61,943 bases of DNA, filler included, from Rhabdomonas costata (GCA_019059605.1; 25 parts of 25 records of this genome joined end to end with filler, not necessarily neighbours in it); one strand, 5' to 3'; shown: positions 13,661 through 27,470, counted from the first letter of the whole stretch. Made by a program: numbers and translations. The notes: generated by a model from the sequence alone, not told the origin.

Positions 13661-15231
13661 GACAAAACAAAAGGAGAAAAACCAGAGAGAAAGAATCCCA
13701 AGCACTCCCTCCAGCTCTCATATGGAGACGAAGATGTTCTCAGTAACTGTTTTTCAAATAATATCGCGATACCTGCAAACGCGAGCGGATTCACAAGCAG
13801 TGTACAAGAGTCTGCTGCACCAGGCAGGACACCGAAAATCGAAGGGTGCGAATCAACCCGCCCCTGAGCCGACCGCCCAGGGGCGAAGATCGCCGCAACG
13901 CTCTCTTGTTAGAGACAACTTGAAAAAGGGAGGGGCATGGAAATGAAATCCTCGAAACACAGCACGGGTGCTCATGCGTCACGGTCTCGGCCCATCCAGG
14001 TACCACATGGAGTAGTCTGGAGGTTTGGAGACAGAAAAAGGGCACGAAAAAATCACACATCAATGCGCGACGAAAGTCGTGATTTGCCCCAGCGTGAAGG
14101 CAGTGAAGGAATGCCGTCAGAACCCGCAACCTTTGGAAGTTAACAAATCGACGGAAAAAGAAAAATACTTACCCCAAATCTCGTCCTCCACACGAGAAGT
14201 AATGTGGGATTCTCCAGCAGTGCTGGCAATGATGGAAAAAAACACAAAAACGCAAAAACACAAAATACACTGGTCCAATGGACAGTCGTAAACATGAATC
14301 AGAAACTACATTTAGGGAGTGAGAGAGCGTAGCGATCTCACGACCAGGCATCTTCCTTCTTTCTCATTCCCCCTGTGCCTCAGCTCTCAGTGTATGGCAT
14401 CATCTCACCACCACCGGCATCATCCTTGCGTCTCGGTCACGCTAAGGCATCGGCACTGCCACATCACTACATCATCCCTCGGCATCACAGCGTTGGGTTC
14501 ATGCAGTAGGTGGGTTCAGAGGCATTGGGTATCAGCATCGGCATCAGCGTTACCATCAGCCTTCAGCGTCAACCTTACGCCCTTCACCCTCCCTGACACC
14601 CTTCGCATGGTTCCTCTGAAGCGTTGATGCGGTGAGTGCTTACACTAAGGATGGCTTCAACGTACATGTCGGTCCCTCCACTTCGCATCATTCCACCATT
14701 AGGCATCACACCGGTAAGCATCATCGCTACCAGGATCAACCATGCCCTGACCACCAGCAGTGGGGATAGCAGCCTTGACACCTTCAGCATAACAACATTA
14801 NNNNNNNNNNNNNNNNNNNNNNNNNNNNNNNNNNNNNNNNNNNNTTAATTAATTAANNNNNNNNNNNNNNNNNNNNNNNNNNNNNNNNNNNNNNNNNNNN
14901 GCATCATCTTGCCTGCAACTCGTCCAGGTACTTCATAGGCCGCCTACCGTTTCCACTGGAGGGGCTATTATTACATGCATTTCAATCACTCGAAAGTATC
15001 ACCCAAAATGTCCCCCAGACCTCTGAATTACACCATCATGAGTTGAAAAGACTGGGTGTTAATATGCGGTGTTTGTCGGCGTGCTGGCATTATCATCATC
15101 ATCAATACAGTCGCTAATCACTGACACTGAATGCATTCGATGCATAGAGGACGATGTGGAACAGTAAGCGAGTGCGAGTGTGAGTTATTGGGCATATTAA
15201 TGTTTTCACCCTCACCCCGCAAATTGCATAC

Positions 15232-17003
15232 AGTGCGCCAATTGGCCAGCCGCGCCGCCGGTCGCACCCCCTCCAAAGTGAGTGTTCAGGACCTGAGCGG
15301 TGCATGCCGGACAGAATATCAACCTTTCCCATCGACGGTGCTCCAAAACAGACAACGTGAGACTGAGGTGCACAACAGAACCTCAGACTTCGCTGTTTGC
15401 CGGTGAAAGAAGAAAAAACTGTTTCCGAGAAATTTAGCAGCGGCAAAGGAAACGCAAACTCGGGGGGGGGGTGTCAGTCAGAGGTGTCTGTATGCTCCTT
15501 CCCTCTAAACATATCGACACACTGATGCGCCAGTCAACTTGCTTCGCACTCCTTCGAGCACATTGCGAGTGTTGCAAACTGACGGCTTGGAATAGAAAGG
15601 ACTGTATAGTGTGGCACCAAGGGATCTACAGCGTGAAAGATACGCCTAACCCGATTGGCTCACCCGACCCAATACAAAAACCAAACAGTGCAAGAAAATT
15701 CACCCCTCTGCGAGCTGGTCAAGGAAGCGATGGGTGGGGATCGAGTCATACGGGATCGAGAACGGCCAGCTTTCGGGAGTCGATGTTAGGAAGGAGCTGC
15801 CGAATAATTTCCTCGTCCTGTGAAACAGCGAGACGCGATAACGGCATCACCAACACAGCGTCCAATGATCGAACGAATGATCGAACGAATGATCAAAGAA
15901 TGATCGAGTACATGGTGCACCAAAAAATGGAATTCCAAAACAGAATATGGGGGAACATGCGAGCCTAGCTGCATCATAGGTTTAAGAATCAGCGGGGTAC
16001 CAGAGAGGGGGGGGCAGGCATTCCTTGAGGGCAGGAAAATAGCAGCCGATTACGAAAAATCTACGTCAAAATATGTGTGTGTGGGAGGGGGGGGGGGGTG
16101 TGAAAGTGTGGGAAATTGTCCCACGACCAAATCTACTCAAAGGAGCTTGTGACCGTGACTTAGGTCCCAGGGGGTCGGACGTCGGCACCACTTATCTCGT
16201 TCCGGATTACTCCAGACACTTGTAGGGGGGGCACACCGTGGTGGCAACAATGCGGCAGGTCTCGGAGTACAGGCGAATCCACCCGAACAGGTTGTTGCAG
16301 ATGTTCCGGAACACAGCGTAGGGCCTGTCATGGCAACAATGGCGGCAAGTGTACTGCTTCTCGAAGCCCACAAATGGCCCCAATAAAATGTGCAGGGTGC
16401 CGATAGGATGCTGGGGTGTGTAACTCCATAACACACGCAGACACGCACATACCGTAGACACACATGAAGCAATGAGAGGCTCTGGCTCTTCACTGGAGAC
16501 AGGAACTATTTGCCTCTCAGCGGATTTTGCGATTTGATCCCTCTGAGCCATTCCATTTTCCACCCCCATAACGATGTGTCGAGAAAAAGATTTAGACCAG
16601 TTGTCTCTCCGAACGATGCTCGCTTTCTCGGCCCCTGCACTCGCGTCAAGAGAGACACTCCCTTTGCTGACCCAGGGGTTCCTCTTTGATTTCTTGAAAA
16701 ACGAGGTACCCGCGGGGTCTAGGTCATCCATTGTTGTTTTTGTGAGAAGGTGCAAGTGACGAATGTGCCACGGAAGGAACCTGCGCTCGTGCTCGCTGGC
16801 CGTAACCACCATGATGGGCAGCAGGGGCCACTGGTTCTGCAGGTCCACGGCCAGGATGCTTTTTCCGGCGCCCATCCGGCCCTCGAAGATCACCATGGGC
16901 TCCACCTCCGAGCCCAGCTCCGCGCCGTCGGTGCGGGCGGTGGGCCCGACCAGCTGGAAGGTGTTCAGCTGCCGCACAAACCCGGGCCCCGCGGCGTGGG
17001 TAC
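15232..17003 (-). CDS. P-loop NTPase (AAA/STAND-type, as found C-terminal to ADCY10-like cyclases), partial; exons 17003-16781, 16324-16237, 15817-15752, 15292-15232
   Basis: Walker A in MVIFEGRMGAGKSIL, then SEHERR|PYAVFRNICNNLFG...|DEEIIRQLLPNIDSRKLAVLDP|VLNTHF. All GT-AG junctions are in phase. Confidence 0.65.
15864..15907. repeat. 12-bp tandem repeat (AATGATCGAACG), about 3.5 copies, intronic
   Basis: aatgatcgaacg aatgatcgaacg aatgatcaaag aatgatcga. Confidence 0.85.
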
Positions 17004-17571
17004 CTGTATCACAATTATCACTGCTTAGTAATGCGGATTGCGTGCCAGGAAAGGGGTTTTTACACTCACTCAATATTCCTGGGCCGCAGAGCGCAGCAAG
17101 AGCGGAACGCTGGCATCGCCCTGATAACCCCTTTCACTCATATTTATTCATATTTATTCTGTTCCGTCCACTTCTTCCCAAAATTCTGTGGTGGGAAGTG
17201 GAGTGTGCGTCCCCCTGCTTGCATCACACCCCTACAAGGGTTTCTCGCCCCGTGTTGGGCGCTTTCGCGCGTTTTTGCTCATGNNNNNNNNNNNNNNNNN
17301 NNNNNNNNNNNNNNNNNNNNNNNNNNNTTAATTAATTAANNNNNNNNNNNNNNNNNNNNNNNNNNNNNNNNNNNNNNNNNNNNTGTTTTGTTGGGCTGCT
17401 GACGTGTTTCGTAAAAAGCATATTGCTATGGTTTTTCCGGCTTAATTCGATCTCCCCCACTTCCCTCGAGTCACAGAATCTGACGGTGTGTGCTCGAAAT
17501 ACGGTCCTCCCTCTTCATTGTGAACAGGACACTGTAGTTGGGACACACTTCCGCTGTATTGCTGTGTGCAG

Positions 17572-19660
17572 GGCCAGCGTGTCCAAGCATCAGTGACGCT
17601 CTGCTCCTCAAGCCGGCTGCAGCTGTGGCTGCAAGCGATGGATTTCGGGCTGCCCGTTCCAGAGGAGCCATCCCCTCGACCCCATCCCAACGGAAACACC
17701 ACAGAAATTCCCAGGTACACGGTGCTGGTGGCGGAGACTTGTTGTTGTTCTATAAGCGTTTGCTCTGAGTGGGATTCTAAAGTTTTCTGTATAATTTGAA
17801 CACACATAGAGCTAGTGTTGTTTCAACGTCACTTGGTCACGTGGACAGGACCTTCGCCTGGCTGGGTTTTGGGACCACGATATTGTTTTGTGCTGATTCC
17901 GTCCGCTGATTCCGTATTGCCACGCACTCAATTTGTGTGGCGTGAGGTGATGAGAATACGATTTAGTTTGTTTTATACCCTTTGTCTTCATTTGGTGACC
18001 TGTGCCATGTGAAGTGCACGTGTGGTCCCTCGCTTTTCTGCAGTGGCGACCGTGACGGCGATCCGCGCGGGGGACCCGCGGACGCTTGGGTACGACCCCG
18101 CATCTCTCTCTCATCACATTGGCCCCAACCAAACTCGCACAGGATTCCTTTCTGTTTCTGTGGGGCTTCAAACCTTTCGGGTCCGTTTGAAACGTTCGAC
18201 GCTTGTGTTACTGCTTCCTTCCCTCCCTTGATGTTGCGGAGACACGTGTACCGTATATACATATGGGATATGGGATATTGGGCTACGGTGTCTGAATACT
18301 GCCCCATCAGTGCTTTTGTCACCTGTGTTTCGCTATGCACTGCAATATGTACTGCCTTCTCTCCCCTTCTCTCGTCCTTCCTTCCTGACTTCCTTACTTT
18401 CACTTTCCAATTATTATGCGCACAGTTTGTAACCGCGCTCTCACACACCTGTGCAGATGCCCCTTTCGAGTCTCCCGGCGCGCCGCACACGGAGTGGGTT
18501 GCTTCAGCTCCGCCGGTGCCGGGTCTCCTGTGGCGAGGATGATGCCGAGGAAAGCCTGGACTCCGGGAGGACGTACCTCCACGGGGCCTCGTTGAATCTT
18601 CACCCCCGCCGGGTTGCTGGGCTTCGGTTCCAGCTGGATGTCCCCCAAGGGGTATGGCATGTGGTCGGGTTGCTGCAGCTGTCCATTCTCACCGGGGGGG
18701 GGGGTATGGTGCATGTCTGCGTCCGATGACGTCAGATGGTTTACGATCCTTGAAAACATTCAATTCATTTTAATTCATTTTTTATCTCACATCAAGTATG
18801 AAAGTGTTGGATACATGTCGGATTTAGGGAAGATGGTCACCTCTCCATGTGCATGCTGCACTCCTTGCCTATTTTTTCCTTTGACAGGCGACTGTGGTGT
18901 GGAGTAGGCTTCATGTGATTCCCACTCGGTCTGGCAGCCGACCCTGCGACCTGATAGTCAGCGCTGAGGCCTCAGACAACGCTCCAGCGATGCTCGGCGA
19001 GCTTGGGAACCTTACCGCGCGGCAGAGCACTGTCAAATCCGTGACCGCCAGCGTCTCGAGCTGGAAGAGAGCCAGGGTATCGCCTCCCTCCTCCAAGCCT
19101 GCTCTAATTTCTTTCTGGTAGGTTGCTGAACTCTTGAACTGTTGCTGAACTCTTGTAAACAGCAACCCCAGTACCCACCCCGGTGGTTTCACGTGTTCTC
19201 ACAAATTTCTACGTATCGTGTCCGTAATATTTTTCCCATTGACTACGCACTGGCGCGTATCCTTCGTTTCTGGTTAATTGCGTCCGCACCCCCTGTACCA
19301 ATGTGCAGAACTATGTGATCAGCGGCTTCGAGACCGTGGTCTCGGAAGTAGTGCAACGCCCCCGCTGGTGCCCTACCAACTTCTTCCTGCTGCTCCTTCG
19401 CTGCACACTGGGTGGCCGCACCATCCAAGCTTTCGATGCTGATCCCGCGGCAGTTGTTCAACTTGAGACGGCCTACTACCCTGCTCCACTCACGGCTGCC
19501 TCCGTGACGATCCAGCGAGCGCGGAGGCGTCAGTTGCAGCGGCGGCTTCGTGCCAACCACAAGCAAGATCACCCCCAGATCCATGACCAGGAGCCTTGCT
19601 CCTCAAAGACTACCACCACCCCCGGTGGCCTCGATGAAGTGGCCTCAGCTGCATGGTCGG
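17572..19660 (+). CDS. Protein with a bacterial-type extracellular beta-sandwich ('DDAEE') domain; exons 17572-17714, 18044-18089, 18457-18651, 18888-19076, 19309-~19660
   Basis: Reads GEDDAEESLDSG...VAGLRFQLDVPQG|ATVVWSRL...LIVSAEASDNA...NLTARQST..VT...W..|..VVSEVVQRPRWCPTN...RTIQAFDADPAAVVQLETAY. Five exons join in phase through GT-AG introns. The 3' end is uncertain. Confidence 0.7.
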
Positions 19661-20426
19661 CGGGTGGGGTGGGCTCCCCAGGAACTCCCAGCTTGTGCTG
19701 GCTCGCAGTGAGCTCACTCCACAGCCAGCACAAGCTGGGAGTTCCTGGGGAGCCAACCCCCCCNNNNNNNNNNNNNNNNNNNNNNNNNNNNNNNNNNNNN
19801 NNNNNNNTTAATTAATTAANNNNNNNNNNNNNNNNNNNNNNNNNNNNNNNNNNNNNNNNNNNNGGTGTGTTCCCACAGTGAGTCTCGGTGCATCAAAAAC
19901 CGCCGCACCACGCTTCTTTGGGAACACACGGCAAACCGGGGGACAATGCAGCAATGTCGAGTGCTCTGTTCAACGGAGCGGGAGGCATCCAGAGGCAGAG
20001 AGAAGGGCATTGCTAAGCAAAAAATTCATGGCAGAAGACGAAAAAAACCCACTCTAGTGATGGTTGTAACACTCAACAGACATCGGGTCAAATACCACAG
20101 CAAACGAATACCTGAGGGGGCACGCCAGTTCACCCAAGCCGGTTTAGAAGAATTTTGCAGCTTTCGCTGCTCCAGCGCTCACGGAACAAGTGACTTACAA
20201 CAGCAGTTGTGAACATAGCTGTTCTCGGAAATTTTCATCCACCAAGCAGTGCAGTTCTTCCAGGACAGTGTGCACTTAAATCCTGTGAAAAATGGTACCC
20301 AGTTCCAGCCACGGACGGCACATAACGTAGTTACGGAAATAGAAATCGGTGAGAAAAGAAGAAAAAGGTCCGATTGCTGGTTACCGCTGGTTGCGGGAAA
20401 AATTCTTTGCGCACAGGAAAAATCAC

Positions 20427-21901
20427 CTGGATGATGTCGCTGCCGTTCTTCAGCACGATGTGCTCAGGGGTGTTGAACTGCTGGTCCAGGGCGTCCGCGC
20501 CGGCCTGGAGCTGCACCCCAGGAGTGATCACCAGGAGCTCCGGGTGGGCCGGGGTCAGCGACCGCTGCGCGATGAACCCGATCACAAAGTCCTGCATAGG
20601 TGCAAAAGACAGAACGAAGAAGAAAACCCGTGCGTTCGTCTGAGCACAGGAAGTGGAGCATGAGCAGAAAGAGACCGCCTTGGGCGGGTTCTCTTCTACC
20701 TTCTTCGCATTCTCGAGTCCCCTGCGTTGTTGCAGTTTTTGCAAGTGAAAATAGAGAACGCCATGGGCGGGTTCCCCCCTTGCTTGTTTGTGCTTATGCA
20801 CACCATGGTTTCATGGTGGACGCGTTGATTAAGGGCCGGGGGTGAGACGACCCAAGCGAGCTTAAAGAATAAAAGAGAAGCCCCCTTGAAAAACAAAGAC
20901 ACTTCGAACTGTGCACATTCACTGCGACTGGGCCATGGTTTTTCGGGCGATGTACACATTTGTTGTACCCGTTCTGTATCCTATCACCGGGCCCAATAAC
21001 AAGTCCAATCATTCAGTTGCTGTTTAGTTTCGGTCCCCTGGATTTTCCAGGATGTCTTGGGCCGCGGAGCGCAGCGACGATCCTAGGTGAAACACGTATC
21101 CCTCGGAGGATGTTATTTGGTCTCGCAGGGGGTCGTTATAAACGCATAACGCCGTTACACCTACAACGGCAATATACACGCGTTATATCACTCTTTCTCA
21201 CAAGGCTTTTACACCGCACAAGAAAAAGCAGAACAAGAGCAAAGCTTCGTCAGGGTACCAAACCTGCACGATACAAACGCAGGAATGTCACATTGGAAGA
21301 AAAAGCAGTTCGGGCTTCTGCTTTGCTCATTGTCCTCCAAAGATCTTGCACTGTGCTTCCAGCACCCCAGCACGGCAGCCCGCACCGACACAAGGGCGAG
21401 GAGAAACTCATCAATTTGGAGACCACACTCAGTCCCCCAACGCGTATGTCTTCACGGAAAGGCGTGAAATCAACATGCTAGGCGATATGCAATTCACCAC
21501 AGGTATAAGGGGGAGCACGTCTTGCTGGTGCCACAGGGTCTTTTCGATGCACAGCAGACTGCGTGGTCGGTTTCCTGGCCTTACTCTCGGCCGGTTGCGA
21601 TGTCCCTCGGCGGCACTTTCGTATCCTTTGCTCCGCTGGAGGGTACCTTGCACTTGAGAGCCTCGGCGACGGTGCGGTCGGTGTAGTTCCCGGTGGCCAG
21701 GTTGCCCTTGCTGCTCATTTCCGCCAGCAGAAGCAGTGCGACCTCCCGCCCGGAGCCCGCGGCGGCCTGCCGCAGCGCCGTGACAATTCCCGGCCCAGGC
21801 ACCAGGTGGGCGTTCACGATGTCTGCCCACCGCGCGATCCGGAACACCCCGCTGGTGAACTGCAGCTGCACGGTGTTGCCGATGTCCGCGAACTTCCGGT
21901 C
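20427..21901 (-). CDS. URA3: Orotidine 5'-phosphate decarboxylase (eukaryotic type, stand-alone or UMP synthase domain), partial; exons 21901-21647, 20591-20427
   Basis: Motifs [50 protein letters not shown] and [10 protein letters not shown]; phase-0 GT-AG intron. Confidence 0.95.
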
Positions 21902-24900
21902 CTATCGCACCCCCCCCCCAATTGTCTTTCTGCATTTTAGGGGGCTTTCCGTTTCCCAGCGCCTTCTCGCCACTCTTTTCTATTGCTGAACGGAAATACT
22001 TGAGACAGCACTCTGTGCCAGCTCACCCAGACTTTTATGACATGGAAGCCTCTCTTTGCCACTTCTTTCCTCTTCTGTCTTGGATGGGATCCTCACGCGA
22101 TCTTCTTTCCTATGCAAGTTAGTGAGTCGCGTCACAATAGCATGGCAACTGCCTTGCGTTGCAGCACAATAGCATGGCAACTGCCATGCTATTGTGACGC
22201 GACTCACTAACTTGCATAGGAAAGAAGATCGCGTGAGGATCCCAANNNNNNNNNNNNNNNNNNNNNNNNNNNNNNNNNNNNNNNNNNNNTTAATTAATTA
22301 ANNNNNNNNNNNNNNNNNNNNNNNNNNNNNNNNNNNNNNNNNNNNGGGTGGGGTTTGAGGGTCAAGGATGCTTTGCTGAACTCCGGTGGGGGTTGGGGAC
22401 TTTTGGCACGCCTGAAGGAATTGCATCAAGACACATTCTAAGTGCTTGCTAACAGGAGAAAGCCCAACTGCCACTTCTGGATACCCGTGAAGGGCAGCCC
22501 TCACATAGCACATCTCGTCGCTGGCGAAGCTGGGCGGGGAGGCGCTCGTGGGCGGGAAGCAGTGGTAGGTCACCCCAGAAAGGCCCGACAAAAGTCCGGA
22601 AGATCACCCTTTCCGTTTACAAAATAAATCTCTGGTCCCGCGTTGCAAAAACGGTAAGCATTATTCCTCAAACACAGCAATGGGCTAAGTCCCCACAACA
22701 ATCCAACTCATGTGCCTCACGAATCTGAGAGGTTGCAGCGGTTTTGTCCCTATGTGATGATCAAAGAGAGAGGAACAGCTGCAGCATGGGTGAACGCCCC
22801 TACATATCCCCGTGCCCGTATATATCCCCTATATAGCCCCGTGTCTTTCGCACTTACCCCTTTGGCGGCTGGGTCTTCAAGGGCGGAGAAGACGGCGAAG
22901 TCATCAGAGACTCGCGGTCATTGGGAGGAGAAGGCATGGCGGGAACCACCATTCCTGCACACGTGCGGTGCGTGCTACGCCGAGTAGTATGAAACAATCC
23001 TCGAAATGGGCCACATGGGGGTGCTGAAATCACTCACGCAAAGCCAAACCCTGCTGCGGAGCGGGGGTTTGCAGAGCCCCATGGGCACGGGCAAGCCACA
23101 CAGCTGCTAAACTTCGGTGAAAACACCGCACCTTCGGACCACGCGGTTCACCACACCAGATACTGCATTTCGACTTAGACTGATTTCGATGACTCGGTTT
23201 TGACTGCATTCGTGTTTCGGGATTTTCAACCAGCAGCTTCTTCAAAACCAAACGAAACGGGGAGCAGGCCCCCTCTGTGTATGAAAAGGGAAGCAACCAC
23301 ACTTTCGTCTTTTGCATTGTGCGAGTTGTTCCGGTAGGACACACACCTTCAAAAGAGTACGGCGAGTGAGTGAATCGAGCGGCCATTGTCGGGCAAAAAA
23401 CGACAATACGGGACAAAAAAGACAAAATGCCGCCTGAGATGACATAAAAACGCATCTAGCACACCCTTGCCTTCTGCGGCCCTATGCAAACGATCAATGC
23501 TGCACGGTGTTGCAAAGAGAAGAGAGAGATCTGGTATACAATCCAAGAAACAGCACGGGTGAACTACAGAACCCATGACACAACCAAAGAGCTGAAAGTC
23601 AACCTGTGGCGCTGAGAGAAAAGGGAGCAGACAGGCCGTACCATCCTAAACACGGTTCCCTTTCCGCCCTCTTCGTGGACCCAAAGCCACCGCTGCTGCG
23701 CTTTGACCTTCGACGGGGAAACTCCTGTCTGAATACGACAGCAGTGGTGGCTGTAACTCAGGGTGCCGTACCGTGTACATATAAGAACCTCCTCCTATGC
23801 CTTTGTTTAAGAAGTTGGGAAGTGCTTGCTGCATGTTGTTTGTGCGGTGCGACTGCAGGCAAATGATTCTGGCCAAAACTGTATAAAAAACTACAACAAC
23901 TGCAAATCGGTTAAGCCATTTTGCATAAAAAGCAACCAAGCCCACGAAAAACATACGTTAGTATTCTCCTTAAATAGAACCCGGATGATTGGACCCAACT
24001 GTAATCTCATTTCAAGCCTTACAAGAACCCGCGTTCCTCCCTGTCACACAGTTGAATCACAGAAAGGCAACAGTTTCGGGAAGACAGTAGACAACAGGAA
24101 GGGCAAGCCGTTCTTGTTGGTTTCACAGAAGAAAAGAGAAAGAGAAGAGAAAGATTCGATGGGCGGGAAAGACCAAGCACTGTTTTGAGATGGAAAAAAC
24201 CACAAACTCTCCCAATACAAACGGGTACTGGCTTTCGGCGGAGGCGGCAATGTATATAGGGAAACACGTGAACGAGTGCACACAGCTGATGCACAGAGCT
24301 CAAGGCAGCCGAGAAAAACCAGGCACAGCTGTGAGGGAATTGCAATGTGTCTTCCTGTTTACTGGAGACTGTCTGTGCTGTTGTGTTGTCTTTGCAAAGG
24401 CGTCTGCATTGAAAAGCACGATTTCGGTTGGAACTGCAGGCTGCAAGCAGCAGACTGGCAGCAATACCAATTATTGGACAATGAAAAAAAACCTTTGCCA
24501 TCCAGGCAGGCAGGCAGGCGCACGCAGAACACCAAAAAATCAGCCCCCTCCCTCCAGGTTGAGCAAAAAAGATTTCCCTTAGGCAAGGCTCCAGCGAGGA
24601 CGGGACCCCGCCCCGCGAAGCACTCGAGCTTGCTCTCCAAGGTATAAAGTCCTGTTCGTTTGAAGAACTGCAACAGGTGTTTGTACTTCCTGTCCCAAAG
24701 TTGTCATTCCGCAGACTGAACCCAAACCNNNNNNNNNNNNNNNNNNNNNNNNNNNNNNNNNNNNNNNNNNNNTTAATTAATTAANNNNNNNNNNNNNNNN
24801 NNNNNNNNNNNNNNNNNNNNNNNNNNNNGTTGGTGTTTATCCCTGGGATTGCGTTTTGGTTGGTTGGATTTGCCTCCGTGGTTCCCTGGAATGTAAGCTT

Positions 24901-27470
24901 CCACCAGGTGTCAAAACGCAATGCTGTTTCGCTTCGATGCTGTCCGGGAAAAGGTTTTTGTCTCATTTAGTATGTGATTTTTTAACAAAACTTGTGGTAC
25001 ATCGCCAAGGTGGTTGGGTGTTCGAAGAATGGACGATGTTTGGCGAGGTGGTATAAGCAGTGTGAAGTCTTGTGTGGTGCTGCCTTCACCATTCACTGTT
25101 TCCATTGTTTTCCTGTTTTCAGTGGTACACACGCGCGTCGCGAGCTTGCCGGTAACCAGCAGTATCAGTGGGGCGTTAGGCTCGAGAGGTGAGCACCCTG
25201 GCTGCCAACGAGCGTTCTGTTTCGTTTGGAGTAGTGTATCACCTCCTTCAATTTATCAGCAAACTGGCCATCAGCGAGAGCACCACTTTCTGCCAACACT
25301 GCGTGCCAGTGAGTCTGCAGCGGTGACCAGCAAACAGTCAGGCAATATAAAGCCAGAGCGCGAATGTGCCCAACACACTCACTCAGCAGAACTGGAACGC
25401 GCGTCAAATCTTGGCCCCACTTCACCTCGTGCAAAATTTTCTAGCATTCGTGACTATGGACAATAAAATGCCGCATGTTCTTGCGTATGCTATGTAGGTT
25501 TTCAGTGGACATAAAATGGTGTCGCCAAATTATTTAGGCAGCTCGAGTGGTGGGAATGGGAGGGGGATACCAAAACCAAAAAATGGATACCGTCCTTTTC
25601 TGTGAGACCCACAGGAAAGGTCAGGTGTCTTTGCTGTGCCGCGTTGTCAACTTGATGGGTACGGTTTCCCTTGTCAAGCCTGTGTGAGGAGCTCGAAAAT
25701 CGTCTTTTGTTTAACGTGCTGTGTAACTAGTGGTTCCAAATATCATCGCCGCCGTTTGGAGTGAGCATCCTTTCTTGCGGACGGCTGCACTCCAATGGTT
25801 TGCATTTATGCCATTTGTCCAATATGTGTGTGTATTCCTGGAATGGAATTCCGATGGTTCGATTTCCTGTCTACATATCACTGCAGGAGGCCGCCCAGAA
25901 GCAGCTGGTGTATGGATCGACTGCCCTCAGCCACAGATGTGGCGACGGTGAAAGCGACAAAGTGTGTGCGGATGCGAGATGTACTTCAGGCTTGTTTGAG
26001 GACCAAAACCATTTATTGTGGACGCATACTCGAAGTTTCTTCGGGGCCAGCACCGATCGATAGTGGTGGATAGGACGACCCCAATTTGCCCCGATACTTG
26101 GACTGTCAATCCTTCCCGTTCCGCTGAGAGTCCGGATTTTGTGCATGGTGGTTTAGTGTTTCGCCTTTGTTGCTTTGCGTTTGATATACTACTGCTATTT
26201 ACTTTGCTTAGTTCTTCTTCAAAATTGCTATGGTTGGTATATTGAGAGGAACTTGGCACTTAGACGAACCACTCCGTATTCCTAAAGATGCAACTCTGCA
26301 GTGCGGAAACGTCGAATACTTCAAATTGGGAAATTCCATTTTACTTTTCGATTTCTTTTTTGGAAAAGAAATCCAAAAGTTACGAAAGGCTTTTTTGAAG
26401 CGGTCAGTTATACTACCTCGATAGGACAGATGCCGGCGCGGAGCCCCTAACCCGGCTCTACTCAGTCCCTCAGGAGGTTTATTGGTATAATTTCACTTTA
26501 GCAACATCTCTGACTCCAAAGTTTACAACGCAACTGAGTAACTGACTTTTTCTCCCGCTGGTCGTCTTGGTGTGTGCAAGATATCCCTCTGCTCTTCAAC
26601 GAAGCTGCGCAGGGGATACGTTGATACCGTGGTCTCAATTTTGGTCTCTCTTTGCGGTGCATTTCGCAAATATGGCATAAAAACGGTGCTCCTTCTTTTG
26701 ACGGTCTTCGTGATCTCAGGTGTTACCACATTCCTGTTGATCACCGTGCTGGCTTCCAATACTGTACAGCCCCCGGACGTACATGTTGCGCTTATCCTCG
26801 CTGTGGGCATTAGTGGCTCCCATTGCACCACAACGCACAACGTGCGATTCGTTGTCAAGCGTGTTTTCCCTCTGAGGTGCAGGGAGAGCGCTACGAAGCT
26901 CGCAATACCAATTGCTTACAGTGAGCCCCCCGTTCACAGACACCCATACCGTTTTTGCTCGTGTCCCACATCTGTGCCTTGTCTTTTCCGGATGCGTTCC
27001 CGCCATACCTTCCTTCCGACGGGGTCGCAGCGCAGCCCTGCGCAAGTACAACCTTTCTCATTGTGGTGTTTCATTTTTTTTGTCTTTGCAGCGGTGGTCT
27101 CTCTTCCAACCTCACCGGTCTTCTAGTCCTTGAAGGTCTCTTGCTGCCCACTCGAAAACCATGTTGGAGTGCTTTTCAAGCAGCTCCATCGGGCATAAAC
27201 GGAGAAACGGANNNNNNNNNNNNNNNNNNNNNNNNNNNNNNNNNNNNNNNNNNNNTTAATTAATTAANNNNNNNNNNNNNNNNNNNNNNNNNNNNNNNNN
27301 NNNNNNNNNNNTGTTTTTGTTCTTCCTACCGTGTGTCCATTTTTACCGACTTTTTTTTCAAAGGTTTTTGTTTATTTCTACCGCTTTTTCACCACCTGTT
27401 TCCATGGGGAAGAAATTCTTTTGAAAAGAGAACCCCCAAGCATCCAAGCATCTATACACATACGCTTCAG

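Noticed and set aside
14397-14800. GCATC/CATCA-rich stretch considered as coding or as an array
   Set aside because: Irregular low-complexity sequence with no fixed repeat unit or convincing frame.
19672-19754. 32-bp perfect inverted repeat around GTGAGCTCAC
   Set aside because: Also terminal and followed only by the A/C tag, so most likely a fold-back artefact. No TSD can be assessed.
22085-22244. Perfect ~63-bp inverted repeat (hairpin), considered as a MITE or structured RNA
   Set aside because: The arms are identical and the second runs straight into the contig end, as expected of a fold-back amplification chimera.
22346-27211. Candidate short exons on two contigs, including an adaptin-mu-like CYVRAALHGYPEVAVGL
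   Set aside because: The resemblance is too short and I could not build a consistent exon chain.
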